A DNA stretch of 64,000 nucleotides from Candidatus Methylomirabilota bacterium (GTDB taxonomy: Archaea; Thermoproteota; Bathyarchaeia; 40CM-2-53-6): assembly GCA_035524675.1 (NCBI GenBank), contig DATKOK010000147.1, positions 351-64,350 of the forward strand, given 5' to 3'. Position 1 is the stretch's first letter. Each line of letters begins with the position of its first letter. This document shows positions 38,308 through 47,464 of this stretch, in pieces. The notes under the pieces are model-generated. The model saw nothing but the letters and a program-made list of their open reading frames with translations. It was not told where the DNA came from and searched no databases. A program made the translations under genes and the position numbers.

Positions 38308-39018
38308 TTGGTCAAATTCTTGGATTTACATATTGTTCCTAAGATTGAGGATGAGTCATCATGTAGACGCATGGCAGAATTGTTAGCGTTGAGTGGATAC
38401 CAGGCAATTGGGCTTACCGTTCCCACTGGGCTCTTGAGAGACAAGCTGAAAGACTTACGCGAGTGCTTCCAGGACTCGGGCATCGAAGTGCTCCTCAGGG
38501 CAGATTTGACTTGTTCGAGGCGGGAAGAACTCTTGAAATTGCTTCGACGTTTCCGGCCTGCATTTGACATAATTGGAGTACGATGCACGAATCATAATCT
38601 GGCACTTGTTGCAGCGAGAGATCGCCGAGTAGACTTGATTTTCTTTGATTCTGCTAGGCGAAATGTTTGGCTAGATGATTCTATTGCAAATGTCGCTAAC
38701 GCTGCCTTTGAACTTAATCTGAGCATATTGCTCGAGCGGGGGGACCGGCTTACCATTACAAGACTCATGAAAGACGTCAATATCGCCTTGCGACATGACA
38801 TGCAGATGGTACTTTCGAGCGGAGGCGCCTCCCCGTTCGCTATCCGGGCGCCGGTTCAACTGATGGCTATTGCGGAAGTTCTCGGATTGACCAAACAGGA
38901 AGCAATTGATAGCGTGTCGACGATCCCTTCTCGAATCGCTACTAGGAACGTAGGACGCAGGTCGGGAACCTACGTAGAGGAAGGCGTCAGAACGATAGCG
39001 GAGTTCACTGAAGCATGA
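38308..39018 (+). CDS. rnp3: RNase P protein component 3 (Rpp30)
   Basis: FLDLHIVP N-terminus, TIM-barrel-like length of 236 aa, followed by pop5 with a 4-nt overlap. Confidence 0.75.
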   Translation: MVKFLDLHIVPKIEDESSCRRMAELLALSGYQAIGLTVPTGLLRDKLKDLRECFQDSGIEVLLRADLTCSRREELLKLLRRFRPAFDIIGVRCTNHNLALVAARDRRVDLIFFDSARRNVWLDDSIANVANAAFELNLSILLERGDRLTITRLMKDVNIALRHDMQMVLSSGGASPFAIRAPVQLMAIAEVLGLTKQEAIDSVSTIPSRIATRNVGRRSGTYVEEGVRTIAEFTEA

Positions 39019-39314
39019 GCAGACGATACTTACAAATCACGATACGGTCAAAATCAAGCGTGACGGAGGAGCAATTCTCTCAGGCACTGAACGCCTCAAT
39101 CATAAGATACTTCGGAGAAATCGGTTTGAGCCGTATTGCACCCAAATTAATTCGGTTTGATTCACGCAAATCTAATGCTGTAGTCGCTTTCGCGAAGGAT
39201 CATACGGTTGAGATGCAGGCAGCTCTCGCATTCATCAGCCAAGTAGGTGAATCCGAAACAGTGATGTTACCGTTGAAAACTTCTGGAACTATCAAAGGGC
39301 TAGGTAAATCATAA
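39015..39314 (+). CDS. rnp2: RNase P protein component 2 (Pop5/Rpp14)
   Basis: RRYLQITIRS...FSQALNASIIRYFGEIGLSR...LIRFD pattern. Confidence 0.75.
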   Translation: MSRRYLQITIRSKSSVTEEQFSQALNASIIRYFGEIGLSRIAPKLIRFDSRKSNAVVAFAKDHTVEMQAALAFISQVGESETVMLPLKTSGTIKGLGKS

Positions 39315-39344
39315 CAATGTTTTTGATTGTGCGCTCTATCTAAT

Positions 39345-39423
39345 GTGTGGGGATGAAGAAGCCAGTCCCAGTCGGATTTCATTGCTGAAGAGATGACGAC
39401 CTCAGCGACGGGCTGACCCACAT
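39345..39423 (+). ncRNA. Box C/D sRNA candidate
   Basis: 5' stem TGTGGG (39346-51) pairs with 3' stem CCCACA (39417-22). C box ATGAAGA (39353-59), D' CTGA (39385-88), C' ATGACGA (39393-99), D CTGA (39413-16). Terminal k-turn geometry (3-nt loop GAU, then GA opposite GA) is satisfied. Spacers are 25 nt and 13 nt. Confidence 0.5.
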
Positions 39424-39559
39424 TCAAAGAACCTGACCAGTTGGTAAGTGACCCAGTCAATAAATCGTGAGAATAAGCACTCAGAGAAGGCAGGTAAGGT
39501 TTTATTAGAGAAACTTACTGAATGGGACGAATTTCGCGTCAGAGGAATCTGAATTGTCA

Positions 39560-40300
39560 ATGTTTTCTGTTCCAGGAGCTTACGATCGTGCCATAACTGT
39601 TTTCTCTCCAGATGGGAGACTGTTTCAGGTCGAATACGCGTCAGAGACCGTGAAAAGAGGAGCGACAGTCTTAGGAATTGCATGCCCTGATGGAGTAGTC
39701 CTTGCCGCGGAAGAGAGGGCGACCTCGAAACTCCAGGATCCTTCATTCATGTGGAAGATTTTCCAGATAGACGATCACGTTGGTGCAGCAGTGGCGGGTT
39801 TGAGTTGCGATGCGCATATTCTCGTCGACCAGGCTAGAGTTTATGCACAATCCAACCGGCTGCTATACGATGAACCGATTGACGTAGAGATCCTAACCCG
39901 TAGGATTGGAGAGATAAAGCAACTCTACACCCAGCATGCTGGCGTTCGTCCGTTCGGTATCTCGATGCTGTTTGGAGGGCTCGACAGAAAGGGAAGTAGA
40001 TTATTCTGGACTGATCCGAGCGGGGCATTTCTTGCATACAAGGCTTGGGCTATTGGAGCTGGTGGAGACGCTGCAAATGAGATTCTAGAAGCAGAGTACA
40101 AAGACAACATGACCATCGATGACGCAGTCCTCCTAGCGCTAAAGTGCATGAACAAGGTCTTGGAGGAGAAACTGGACGCACAGAAGATTCGCATCGCCAC
40201 AGTCCCAGCAGCCTCAAAGAAATTCGCGAAACTAACGCAGGAAGAAGTCGAGAAATACTTGAAGCGACTTGACTCTTCCAAAAAGGCCGTTAGTCGATGA
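39560..40300 (+). CDS. psmA: Proteasome alpha subunit
   Basis: YDRAITVFSPDGRLFQVEYA. ATG 39560 (TTG 39554 is also possible). Confidence 0.95.
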   Translation: MFSVPGAYDRAITVFSPDGRLFQVEYASETVKRGATVLGIACPDGVVLAAEERATSKLQDPSFMWKIFQIDDHVGAAVAGLSCDAHILVDQARVYAQSNRLLYDEPIDVEILTRRIGEIKQLYTQHAGVRPFGISMLFGGLDRKGSRLFWTDPSGAFLAYKAWAIGAGGDAANEILEAEYKDNMTIDDAVLLALKCMNKVLEEKLDAQKIRIATVPAASKKFAKLTQEEVEKYLKRLDSSKKAVSR

Positions 40301-40986
40301 GTGACTCATTTTCGACTGCGAGAATTTCAAGAAGCGGCGAGAAATTCGAGATACTTGTAAAACCAGAGCCTGCCCTAGAGTATAAGATGGGCAAGCAATT
40401 GTCAGTATCTCAATTACTTGCAATAGACGAGATTTATAGTGACGCAGGTAAGGGAACCCATGCCTCGACGGAGAAACTCCAGAAAGCATTCGGAACGATC
40501 GATGCCCTCAAGATTGCCGAGGAGATTATGAAACATGGTGAACTCCAGCTCACTACGGACCAGAGACGCCAACTGGTCGAAGACAAGCGAAAACAGATAG
40601 TGGCTTTCATCAGCAGAAACTGCATAGATCCGCGAACGGCAACTCCACACCCACCACTAAGAATAGAACAAGCACTAGCTCAGGTCAAATTTTCTATCGA
40701 CCCGTTCAAAAGTGCTGACGAGCAAGCAAAGGAGATCATTGAGCAACTTAGACCCATCCTACCAATCAAGATGGAGCACATGCGTGTGGCAGTGAAAGTA
40801 ATGGCGGAATTCGCCGCGAAGGGATACGGAGCAGTCAAGGGATATGGTACAATCACTCGCGAGGAATGGCAAGCAGACGGCTCGCTAGTCGCAGTGGTCG
40901 AAATGCCAGCCGGGCTGTACGGGCCATTTCTTGAGAGATTAGGAAAGATAACTCAGGGCACAATTGAGGCGAAAGTGCTAAAGTGA
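40297..40986 (+). CDS. sdo1: SBDS/Sdo1 ribosome maturation protein
   Basis: ARISRSGEKFEILVKPEPALEYKMGK and conserved position between psmA and rrp4. Confidence 0.88.
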   Translation: MSDSFSTARISRSGEKFEILVKPEPALEYKMGKQLSVSQLLAIDEIYSDAGKGTHASTEKLQKAFGTIDALKIAEEIMKHGELQLTTDQRRQLVEDKRKQIVAFISRNCIDPRTATPHPPLRIEQALAQVKFSIDPFKSADEQAKEIIEQLRPILPIKMEHMRVAVKVMAEFAAKGYGAVKGYGTITREEWQADGSLVAVVEMPAGLYGPFLERLGKITQGTIEAKVLK

Positions 40987-41067
40987 CCAGTGCAAGACAG
41001 ATCCTTGGATTGCCGGCTTCAGCGTAGCAGTGGGCGTCAAACTCTGTTGCCATCCCAAGACGTGAAG

Positions 41068-41928
41068 CTAGGGCGCTGATTGCGTCGAGTTCGTCACGAT
41101 AACCGTTGTATTATAAGCAGCAGGCGCAGACGAGATCTGGGTGATAGTTGTCTCTGCCACTGTTGTAGTTGTAGTTTGGGTTATCGTGCTGTTAGCCACC
41201 GTGCCAGTCACAAGGACAGTGACTGATTGGTTATTGAGTCGAGTAAGGGTTATCGTCGTGTTGTTCTGCCCGGGCAAGGCGTAGGATACAGTAGTGCTGT
41301 TAGAAGGGTTTAGTGTTGCATTTTCGGTAGTTGTCTCGGTTTGAGATGTGAAGTTTCCACTCGATGATGAGGGGTGTTCGTACTTCGTAACGGTAGTAGA
41401 GTTCATACCGACATTAGTGCTCGTTACATTCTGGCTCAACCCGACAATTAGTCCTGACCCGATCGACCGATTCATGGTCATGGTTCCTGAAAGCGCCAGG
41501 TACGCAATCGATGATAACCTGCTCGGGGGGGCGTCAACAGTCACCGTACTATTGTTCTGGATTAAGCCATGAAGAACAAGCTCCCCGGCACTAGATCTGC
41601 CATAGAGCGCAAACTCGCCCAACCGGTTGGATGAACCGCTACCGTCGGAGACCGTATAATTAACGGAAACAATTTGAAGTCGCCCCGTCAAGTTGCCTAA
41701 TACCGATCCGCCTTCTCCATCACCACGTATCCCCCCGATCAAATCCAGAGTTGCCGCACCTAGCGAACCGAGAGTAGCATTTAGTGAAGTGGCCTGACCA
41801 GTTAAATGAAAAATGACAGTCCCAACCTGACTCTGAATCTGCTCAGCAATCGCAGGGGATAACGAAAGTGCAGAGACTGCAAGGAGGACCATGACAATTA
41901 CATATCGATCTGACCGTTTTCTTGCCAT
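41068..41928 (-). CDS. Secreted or membrane-anchored Ser/Thr-rich protein with very dense N-glycosylation sequons
   Basis: MARKRSDRYVIVMVLLAVSALSLSPAIA signal/anchor, followed by about 16 N-x-S/T sequons. Start taken at the internal ATG 41928. Confidence 0.6.
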   Translation of the reverse strand: MARKRSDRYVIVMVLLAVSALSLSPAIAEQIQSQVGTVIFHLTGQATSLNATLGSLGAATLDLIGGIRGDGEGGSVLGNLTGRLQIVSVNYTVSDGSGSSNRLGEFALYGRSSAGELVLHGLIQNNSTVTVDAPPSRLSSIAYLALSGTMTMNRSIGSGLIVGLSQNVTSTNVGMNSTTVTKYEHPSSSSGNFTSQTETTTENATLNPSNSTTVSYALPGQNNTTITLTRLNNQSVTVLVTGTVANSTITQTTTTTVAETTITQISSAPAAYNTTVIVTNSTQSAP

Positions 41929-42247
41929 GTACTTTCTGGACCGCAGATTCAAGTATTCTAGTATATCAACGTTCGCACAACGAGACATTCGCGTTCCGAG
42001 GTTATGTCAGCAAGTAAGGAACCGTCCATATGTTCTTTCGGACCCCGATTCTAAGTACTAAAGACACGTCGATATTCCATTCCGACTATGGTTCAGCCTG
42101 GTCCATTTGCGCCCTCACGTTCTAGGCCACGCAATGTCATAGTTATCGCGCCGAGTTGACGCGCAACTTGGACAGAGGCTAAAGAGTCGTCTTTCTTGGA
42201 GCATCAAAGTATAATTAGCAGCCTTCTTTGTTCTGACCAACTTCGAG

Positions 42248-42982
42248 TTGGACCAGTTGACGATGCACGCTGAACAGAAGCAGTTAGTGACTCCAGGAGA
42301 TCTTCTCGGTGAGGGACCATACTTTGCTGGAGAGAATACTTACCGAGACGGGACGAAGATTTACGCCGCTAGGATTGGGTTAGCGGATATAGTTGGGAAT
42401 AAGCTAATCGTCGTCCCAATCAAAGGCGCTTACATACCTAGGATCGATGACATCGTTTTGGGTAGGATCACTGATATTGGAATGTCAGGATGGCAAGTCG
42501 ATATTTGCGCACCATACCCTGCGATGCTCCCAGTCTCTGAAACACCGATGCAGCGAGGCCGTGATATTGGAAGGCGTGATCTCTCACATATCTATGGAGT
42601 CGGTGACTTGACATTGGCTCAAGTGATCGCGTTTGACCGCACACGCGACCCCCTCCTGACGACGAAAGGAAGAGGATTGGGCAAGATTACGTCAGGCCGC
42701 GTTGCAAGGATTACACCCGCAAAGATCCCGCGTATAATTGGCAAGAAGGGATCGATGATAACAATGTTGAAGAAGGAGACTAATACCGATATCGTCCCTG
42801 GGCAAAACGGAGTGATCCTTGCTACAGGGAAAAACCCTGACCAGGAAAGGATTGCTGTTGAAGCTCTCTACATGATCGAACGAGAAGCCCATTCAAGTGG
42901 ATTAACCGATCGCGTAAGAGCTTTCATACTAAATGAAATGAAGGGAAAAGAAGTTGGACAACAAACAAGTTCGCTTACTTGA
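42248..42982 (+). CDS. rrp4: Exosome RNA-binding subunit Rrp4 (S1 + KH)
   Basis: [11 protein letters not shown]...[15 protein letters not shown]...[10 protein letters not shown]. Confidence 0.9.
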   Translation: MDQLTMHAEQKQLVTPGDLLGEGPYFAGENTYRDGTKIYAARIGLADIVGNKLIVVPIKGAYIPRIDDIVLGRITDIGMSGWQVDICAPYPAMLPVSETPMQRGRDIGRRDLSHIYGVGDLTLAQVIAFDRTRDPLLTTKGRGLGKITSGRVARITPAKIPRIIGKKGSMITMLKKETNTDIVPGQNGVILATGKNPDQERIAVEALYMIEREAHSSGLTDRVRAFILNEMKGKEVGQQTSSLT

Positions 42983-43718
42983 TGATAACGGCTTACGAGT
43001 GGACGGTCGGAGAATTGACGAGCTTCGACCGATCAAAATTGAAGTCGGCACATTGGACAAAGCCGACGGGTCAGCATATGTCGAGCACGGAAGAAACAAG
43101 ATCCTCGCTGCGGTGTATGGTCCACGGGAAGCTCATCCCAAGCACATAGCGCTCGCTGATCGAGCTGTAATAAGATGTCGATATCACATGGCACCTTTCT
43201 CAACGGATGAACGGAAATCTCCCGCCCCATCGAGGCGCGAATTAGAACTGTCGAAGGTAATTAGGGAGGCTCTGGAACCCGCCGTCATGTCCGAATACTT
43301 CCCCCGATCAACTATAGATATCTTCATCGAGGTTCTCCAAGCAGATGCGGGGACAAGATGTGCTGGAATAACCGCTGCAGCATTAGCACTTGCAGACGCT
43401 GGGATCCCGATGCGTGAGTTGGTTGCGGGATGCGCGGCTGGTAAGGTGGATGGAAAAGTTGTACTCGACCTTTCGGATATTGAAGATAAACAAGGCGAAG
43501 CTGATCTGCCGGTAGCACTAATGCCGAAATCCAATGTAGTAAGCCTTTTGCAAATGGACGGATCACTAACAGAAGAGGAATTCAAGCAAGCCCTTGACAT
43601 GAGTATTGATGCATGCAGAAGAATACACGAAATGCAGCGAGAAGCTCTCAGACATAGATATCATGTTGTTAAAGACGAAGCCGACAAGGAAGAGGAAGCG
43701 ACGGAGGTCAACGCCTGA
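42954..43718 (+). CDS. rrp41: Exosome catalytic subunit Rrp41 (RNase PH)
   Basis: [42 protein letters not shown]. Confidence 0.92.
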   Translation: MDNKQVRLLDDNGLRVDGRRIDELRPIKIEVGTLDKADGSAYVEHGRNKILAAVYGPREAHPKHIALADRAVIRCRYHMAPFSTDERKSPAPSRRELELSKVIREALEPAVMSEYFPRSTIDIFIEVLQADAGTRCAGITAAALALADAGIPMRELVAGCAAGKVDGKVVLDLSDIEDKQGEADLPVALMPKSNVVSLLQMDGSLTEEEFKQALDMSIDACRRIHEMQREALRHRYHVVKDEADKEEEATEVNA

Positions 43719-44533
43719 TGTCCGCGACTCGTCAACTCTCACCTGTCGCAAAACTAGAGCAGAAAACTGTAGTCGACCTCATTGGAAAGGGGAAACGAGT
43801 AGACGATCGAGGACCCGGGGACTATCGCCCTACCACGATCACACTCGGCGTAGTCGAGAAAGCTAACGGCTCAGCCCAGGTTTACCTCGGCAAGACCAAA
43901 GTCTTAGCCGGCGTGAAGATACAGCCTGGTACCCCATTCCCGGATACACCAGACGAGGGCATCCTGACAGTAAACGCAGAATTTGTACCACTGGCTTCCC
44001 CAACTTTCGAAGCTGGGCCACCTGACGAAAACTCAATTGAATTAGCTCGCGTTGTCGATAGGGGAATTCGAGAGTCAAAAGCCATTGACTTGAAGCAACT
44101 CTGTATCGAGCCTGGTAAGAAGGTCTTCATGATCTTTGTCGATGTCTATGTCTTGGATCACGACGGCAACCTAATCGATGCTGCGGCGATGGCGGCACTC
44201 GGAGCTCTGGTAAACGCAAAAATGCACGCGTTCAAAGTTGAGAAAGGTGAACCCGTGTATTTGGAGGAAATAATCCCGGTTCCGATGCAAAATTACCCAG
44301 TCTCCATCACATCCGTAAAGGTGGACGGTGCTACAGTCCTTGATCCATGTCTAGAGGAGGAACAAGTAATGAGTTGCCGACTAACTGTGACTACAGGCAA
44401 GGATGATAATATTTGTGCAATGCAGAAAGGTGGACTCGGTTTCCTCTCGCCTGACGAAATAAAGCAGATCGTTTCGACATCAATAAGCAAAGCTAGAGAC
44501 CTTCGTGCGAAGATGCTTTCAAACGTGAAATAG
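43718..44533 (+). CDS. rrp42: Exosome subunit Rrp42 (RNase PH-like)
   Basis: KRVDDRGPGDYRP, ANGSAQVYLGKTKVLAGV, DHDGNLIDAA. Confidence 0.9.
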   Translation: MSATRQLSPVAKLEQKTVVDLIGKGKRVDDRGPGDYRPTTITLGVVEKANGSAQVYLGKTKVLAGVKIQPGTPFPDTPDEGILTVNAEFVPLASPTFEAGPPDENSIELARVVDRGIRESKAIDLKQLCIEPGKKVFMIFVDVYVLDHDGNLIDAAAMAALGALVNAKMHAFKVEKGEPVYLEEIIPVPMQNYPVSITSVKVDGATVLDPCLEEEQVMSCRLTVTTGKDDNICAMQKGGLGFLSPDEIKQIVSTSISKARDLRAKMLSNVK

Positions 44534-44534
44534 C

Positions 44535-44948
44535 ATGGGCAGAACCTACAAGATGGGCCCTTCGGGAAGCTTCGGAGCAAGATATGGAACCGTCGTAAGA
44601 AAACGATACTCAACCATCATCACCGGCATGAGAACCCCGCACGAATGTCCTCAATGTCACTTGATCGCCGTAAAGCGCATGTCCGTTGGCATATGGCTCT
44701 GCAAAAGTTGCGGGCTCAAGTTTGCAGGGGGCGCGTACTCTCCGCGAACAAAGCTGGGTGAGATCGCAGAGCGAGCTTCGAGGGCCGGAGTAGCTTCTAG
44801 CCAACTCGCTGAACTCAAAGCTGAGAAAGCTCGAAAAGCCGAAGTCGAGGCAAAAGCCAAGGCCCCAGCAAAACGAAGACGTCGCAAAGCCGCGACCAAA
44901 ACCGAGCCTAAAGATGCTGCAGAAGCTACTGAGGAAAAGCCTGCGTGA
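44535..44948 (+). CDS. rpl37ae: 50S ribosomal protein L37Ae (eL43) with a C-terminal extension of about 50 aa rich in K/A/E
   Basis: GARYGTVVRKRY...CPQC...WLCKSCGLKFAGGAY core, then AELKAEKARKAEVEAKAKAPAKRRRRKAATKTEPKDAAEATEEKPA. Confidence 0.9.
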   Translation: MGRTYKMGPSGSFGARYGTVVRKRYSTIITGMRTPHECPQCHLIAVKRMSVGIWLCKSCGLKFAGGAYSPRTKLGEIAERASRAGVASSQLAELKAEKARKAEVEAKAKAPAKRRRRKAATKTEPKDAAEATEEKPA

Positions 44949-45472
44949 TAGGCTTAACGACGGGACGAGAAACTAATCAGCGACTGAACAGCCTAATCAA
45001 GGAGCTCGGCAGTTCCATTCCAAATTCGAGGATAACGCGGCGAGGAAAATCAGGCAAAGAAGAACTGGCCAGAAGACTGCTTCAAGACGGATTCGCGCAT
45101 GCCCTTATCGTATACAGATGGCACGGAGGGCCAGGTCGCCTGGACTTCTTCAATGTGAAAGCATCAGGTATGGAGCACGTTCCTCCGTCTGCACTATTGA
45201 AATCGGTGATCCTACGCAGAGATTTCGGTGACCAGACTCCCCACAAGATTGCTGCCATAACCTGCGAGCATGCGTCCAAAACAACTCGGCACCTGGGCCA
45301 AGTTCTGTCTAGTGTCCTCGAACTCCCCCTCGTGGAATCACAATTAGATTTGCCATGTTGCCTGCACCTTCGTGATAACGGAAAAATGACAGAAGTTGTT
45401 GTCAGGTCACCACTCAATACGCGCGACATAGGCCCGAAGCTTGCAATATCAAAGCTGATATGGAGTGTGTAA
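44945..45472 (+). CDS. Brix-domain ribosome biogenesis protein (Imp4-like)
   Basis: 175 aa with the LIKELGSSIPNS...RRGK...ALIVYRWHGGPGRLDFFNV pattern. Conserved position after rpl37ae. Confidence 0.75.
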   Translation: MIGLTTGRETNQRLNSLIKELGSSIPNSRITRRGKSGKEELARRLLQDGFAHALIVYRWHGGPGRLDFFNVKASGMEHVPPSALLKSVILRRDFGDQTPHKIAAITCEHASKTTRHLGQVLSSVLELPLVESQLDLPCCLHLRDNGKMTEVVVRSPLNTRDIGPKLAISKLIWSV

Positions 45473-45735
45473 GTCTGAGCCCGGCGAGAGCTGAGCTAAG
45501 CATCAGAGTTGGGTCACGACGATTGGCTGAAGCTATTGCAAGTTCATTAGGCCCTGAAATAAATCATCCAGCGGGATCAAAGGCGCGGGTCAGTGTACGC
45601 GTCAAACAAAGGAACTTGGAACTCACGTTTCTGGCTCGGGACTCAACTGCTCTAAGGGCCACTATGAACTCATACTTACGTATGGTTGCTGCATGTTTGA
45701 AGGTGACGGATGCATTAGAAAGCATTTCGGAATAA
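45460..45735 (+). CDS. pcc1: KEOPS subunit Pcc1
   Basis: AELSIRVGSRRLAEAIASSLGPE...LELTFLARDSTALRATMNSYLRMV. Confidence 0.8.
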   Translation: MECVSLSPARAELSIRVGSRRLAEAIASSLGPEINHPAGSKARVSVRVKQRNLELTFLARDSTALRATMNSYLRMVAACLKVTDALESISE

Positions 45736-45747
45736 GGGGAATTCAAT

Positions 45748-46962
45748 TTGCTAAAGGATATCGATGCCGAGATGCAACGGAAGGATATTCAGGGATTGAT
45801 CGTTCTTGGTGATACTACACTTGCAAACCCAGACCTAGCGTACGTTGTCGGAAGAAACCTTGCTAGAGGCGGAATCTACTTCAAACGACCCCACTGCAAA
45901 CCGCTGCTGCTGACGAGCCTACTTGATGTAGAGAATGCAAAAGAGGGGAGGGTAAGAAGTGTGAACACTTTTACAGACTATGGTTTCGAGCAGTTGCTGC
46001 TAGAGCACGGACAAGCCGAGGCATATCCCAGACTAATTCATGCGGTACTGACGCAATTGGGGGTGGAAGGCAAGGTCACAATCGCAGGGCGGAACGACCT
46101 TGCGTGGGGCACACATCTCGTCGACCGATTGCGAACATTAGGAGTTGACGTCTCTGGCGAGTCTTCGCCAACTGTCTTGGAGGTCGCGAGAGCAACAAAA
46201 AGTGCAGATGAGCTTCATGAGATACGTGCCGTCGGGAACAAGACTTCGAGAATAGTACACAAGGTGCTGGATAAACTGGGGTCAATGAAGCGCAAGCGCG
46301 GACGCTTGTTTCTGGGCGGAGAAGTAGCAACCGTTGGAAATGTGAAAAGATTCATCTCAATGCAACTTGCAATTGAAGGGCTTGCGACACCTGAAGGAAC
46401 GATTTTTGCGATAGGTCCTTCATCAGCTGATCCGCATAATAGCGGAGTTCCGAGTGCGGAGATCAAAGAGCACAAGCTGATAGTCTTCGATATTTTCCCG
46501 CAAAGTGAGTCAGGTTACTGGTTCGATTTGACCCGTACATTCGTGATAGGGAGCGCAGATAAACAGGCTCGGGCGCTCTTTGATGCAGTTCGAGACGCCC
46601 AAGAGTCAGCTCTCGCAACCCTCAGGAATGGCCTACGTGGTCAATCGGCAATGTCAGAAGCTTGTGACATGATTGAGAGACATGGGTTCAGAACCGTCAG
46701 AGACATCTACGATGGGAAAGCCAAGAAAATTTCATCCGGATTTATTCACTCGCTTGGACACGGCGTTGGTCTCACAATAGGCGAACGCCCTTATCTGTCA
46801 CTGCAGAACCCAGACCCTCTGAAGACTGGTAACGTAGTTACTGTGGAGCCCGGAGTATATCTTCCGAAATTCGGTGGTGTACGAATTGAAGACACAGTTC
46901 ACATAACTCGTGACGGGTGTGAGAAGCTTTCGAACACCCGAAAGGAATTTGAACTTAGCTAA
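45748..46962 (+). CDS. M24-family Xaa-Pro peptidase
   Basis: [15 protein letters not shown] and [19 protein letters not shown] metal-ligand motifs. TTG start. Confidence 0.85.
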   Translation: MLKDIDAEMQRKDIQGLIVLGDTTLANPDLAYVVGRNLARGGIYFKRPHCKPLLLTSLLDVENAKEGRVRSVNTFTDYGFEQLLLEHGQAEAYPRLIHAVLTQLGVEGKVTIAGRNDLAWGTHLVDRLRTLGVDVSGESSPTVLEVARATKSADELHEIRAVGNKTSRIVHKVLDKLGSMKRKRGRLFLGGEVATVGNVKRFISMQLAIEGLATPEGTIFAIGPSSADPHNSGVPSAEIKEHKLIVFDIFPQSESGYWFDLTRTFVIGSADKQARALFDAVRDAQESALATLRNGLRGQSAMSEACDMIERHGFRTVRDIYDGKAKKISSGFIHSLGHGVGLTIGERPYLSLQNPDPLKTGNVVTVEPGVYLPKFGGVRIEDTVHITRDGCEKLSNTRKEFELS

Positions 46963-46975
46963 CCTAATCGATGCT

Positions 46976-47464
46976 ATGGATACTATTGTGGTCAATGTCC
47001 AAGTCCCTGAAGGGCACAATGCGATCCTCGGTCAAAGCCACTTCATCAAATCCGCCGAAGATCTTTTTGAGGCTCTTGTCAACGCAGTACCGAACATTAA
47101 ATTCGGTCTAGCCTTCTGTGAATCTAGCGGCCCATGTCTCGTCCGCGTTGAAGGTAATGACGAGGACCTGCAGCAACTCGCCTCGCAAACTGCGCTCGCA
47201 TTATCGGCGGGTCACACGTTTATTGTGTTCATGAAGAACGCTTTCCCTATCAACGTACTCGACAAGGTGAAAGCTGTTCCGGAAGTATGCAACATATTCC
47301 TCGCAACCGCTAATCCGTTCCAAGTGATTCTGGCTCAAACAGACCAAGGACGGGGAATACTGGGGGTTATTGATGGTTATGCATCAAAAGGTGTAGAAAC
47401 TGACAAGGACGTAGAGGAGCGCAGAGCATTTCTGAGAAAAATTGGCTACAAGCGCTCAAGCTGA
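46976..47464 (+). CDS. Adenosine-specific-kinase-family (PF04008-like) protein
   Basis: GQSHFIKSAEDLFEALV...FGLAFCESSGPCLVR...GHTFIVFMKNAFPINVL pattern. Start at ATG 46976. Confidence 0.6.
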   Translation: MDTIVVNVQVPEGHNAILGQSHFIKSAEDLFEALVNAVPNIKFGLAFCESSGPCLVRVEGNDEDLQQLASQTALALSAGHTFIVFMKNAFPINVLDKVKAVPEVCNIFLATANPFQVILAQTDQGRGILGVIDGYASKGVETDKDVEERRAFLRKIGYKRSS

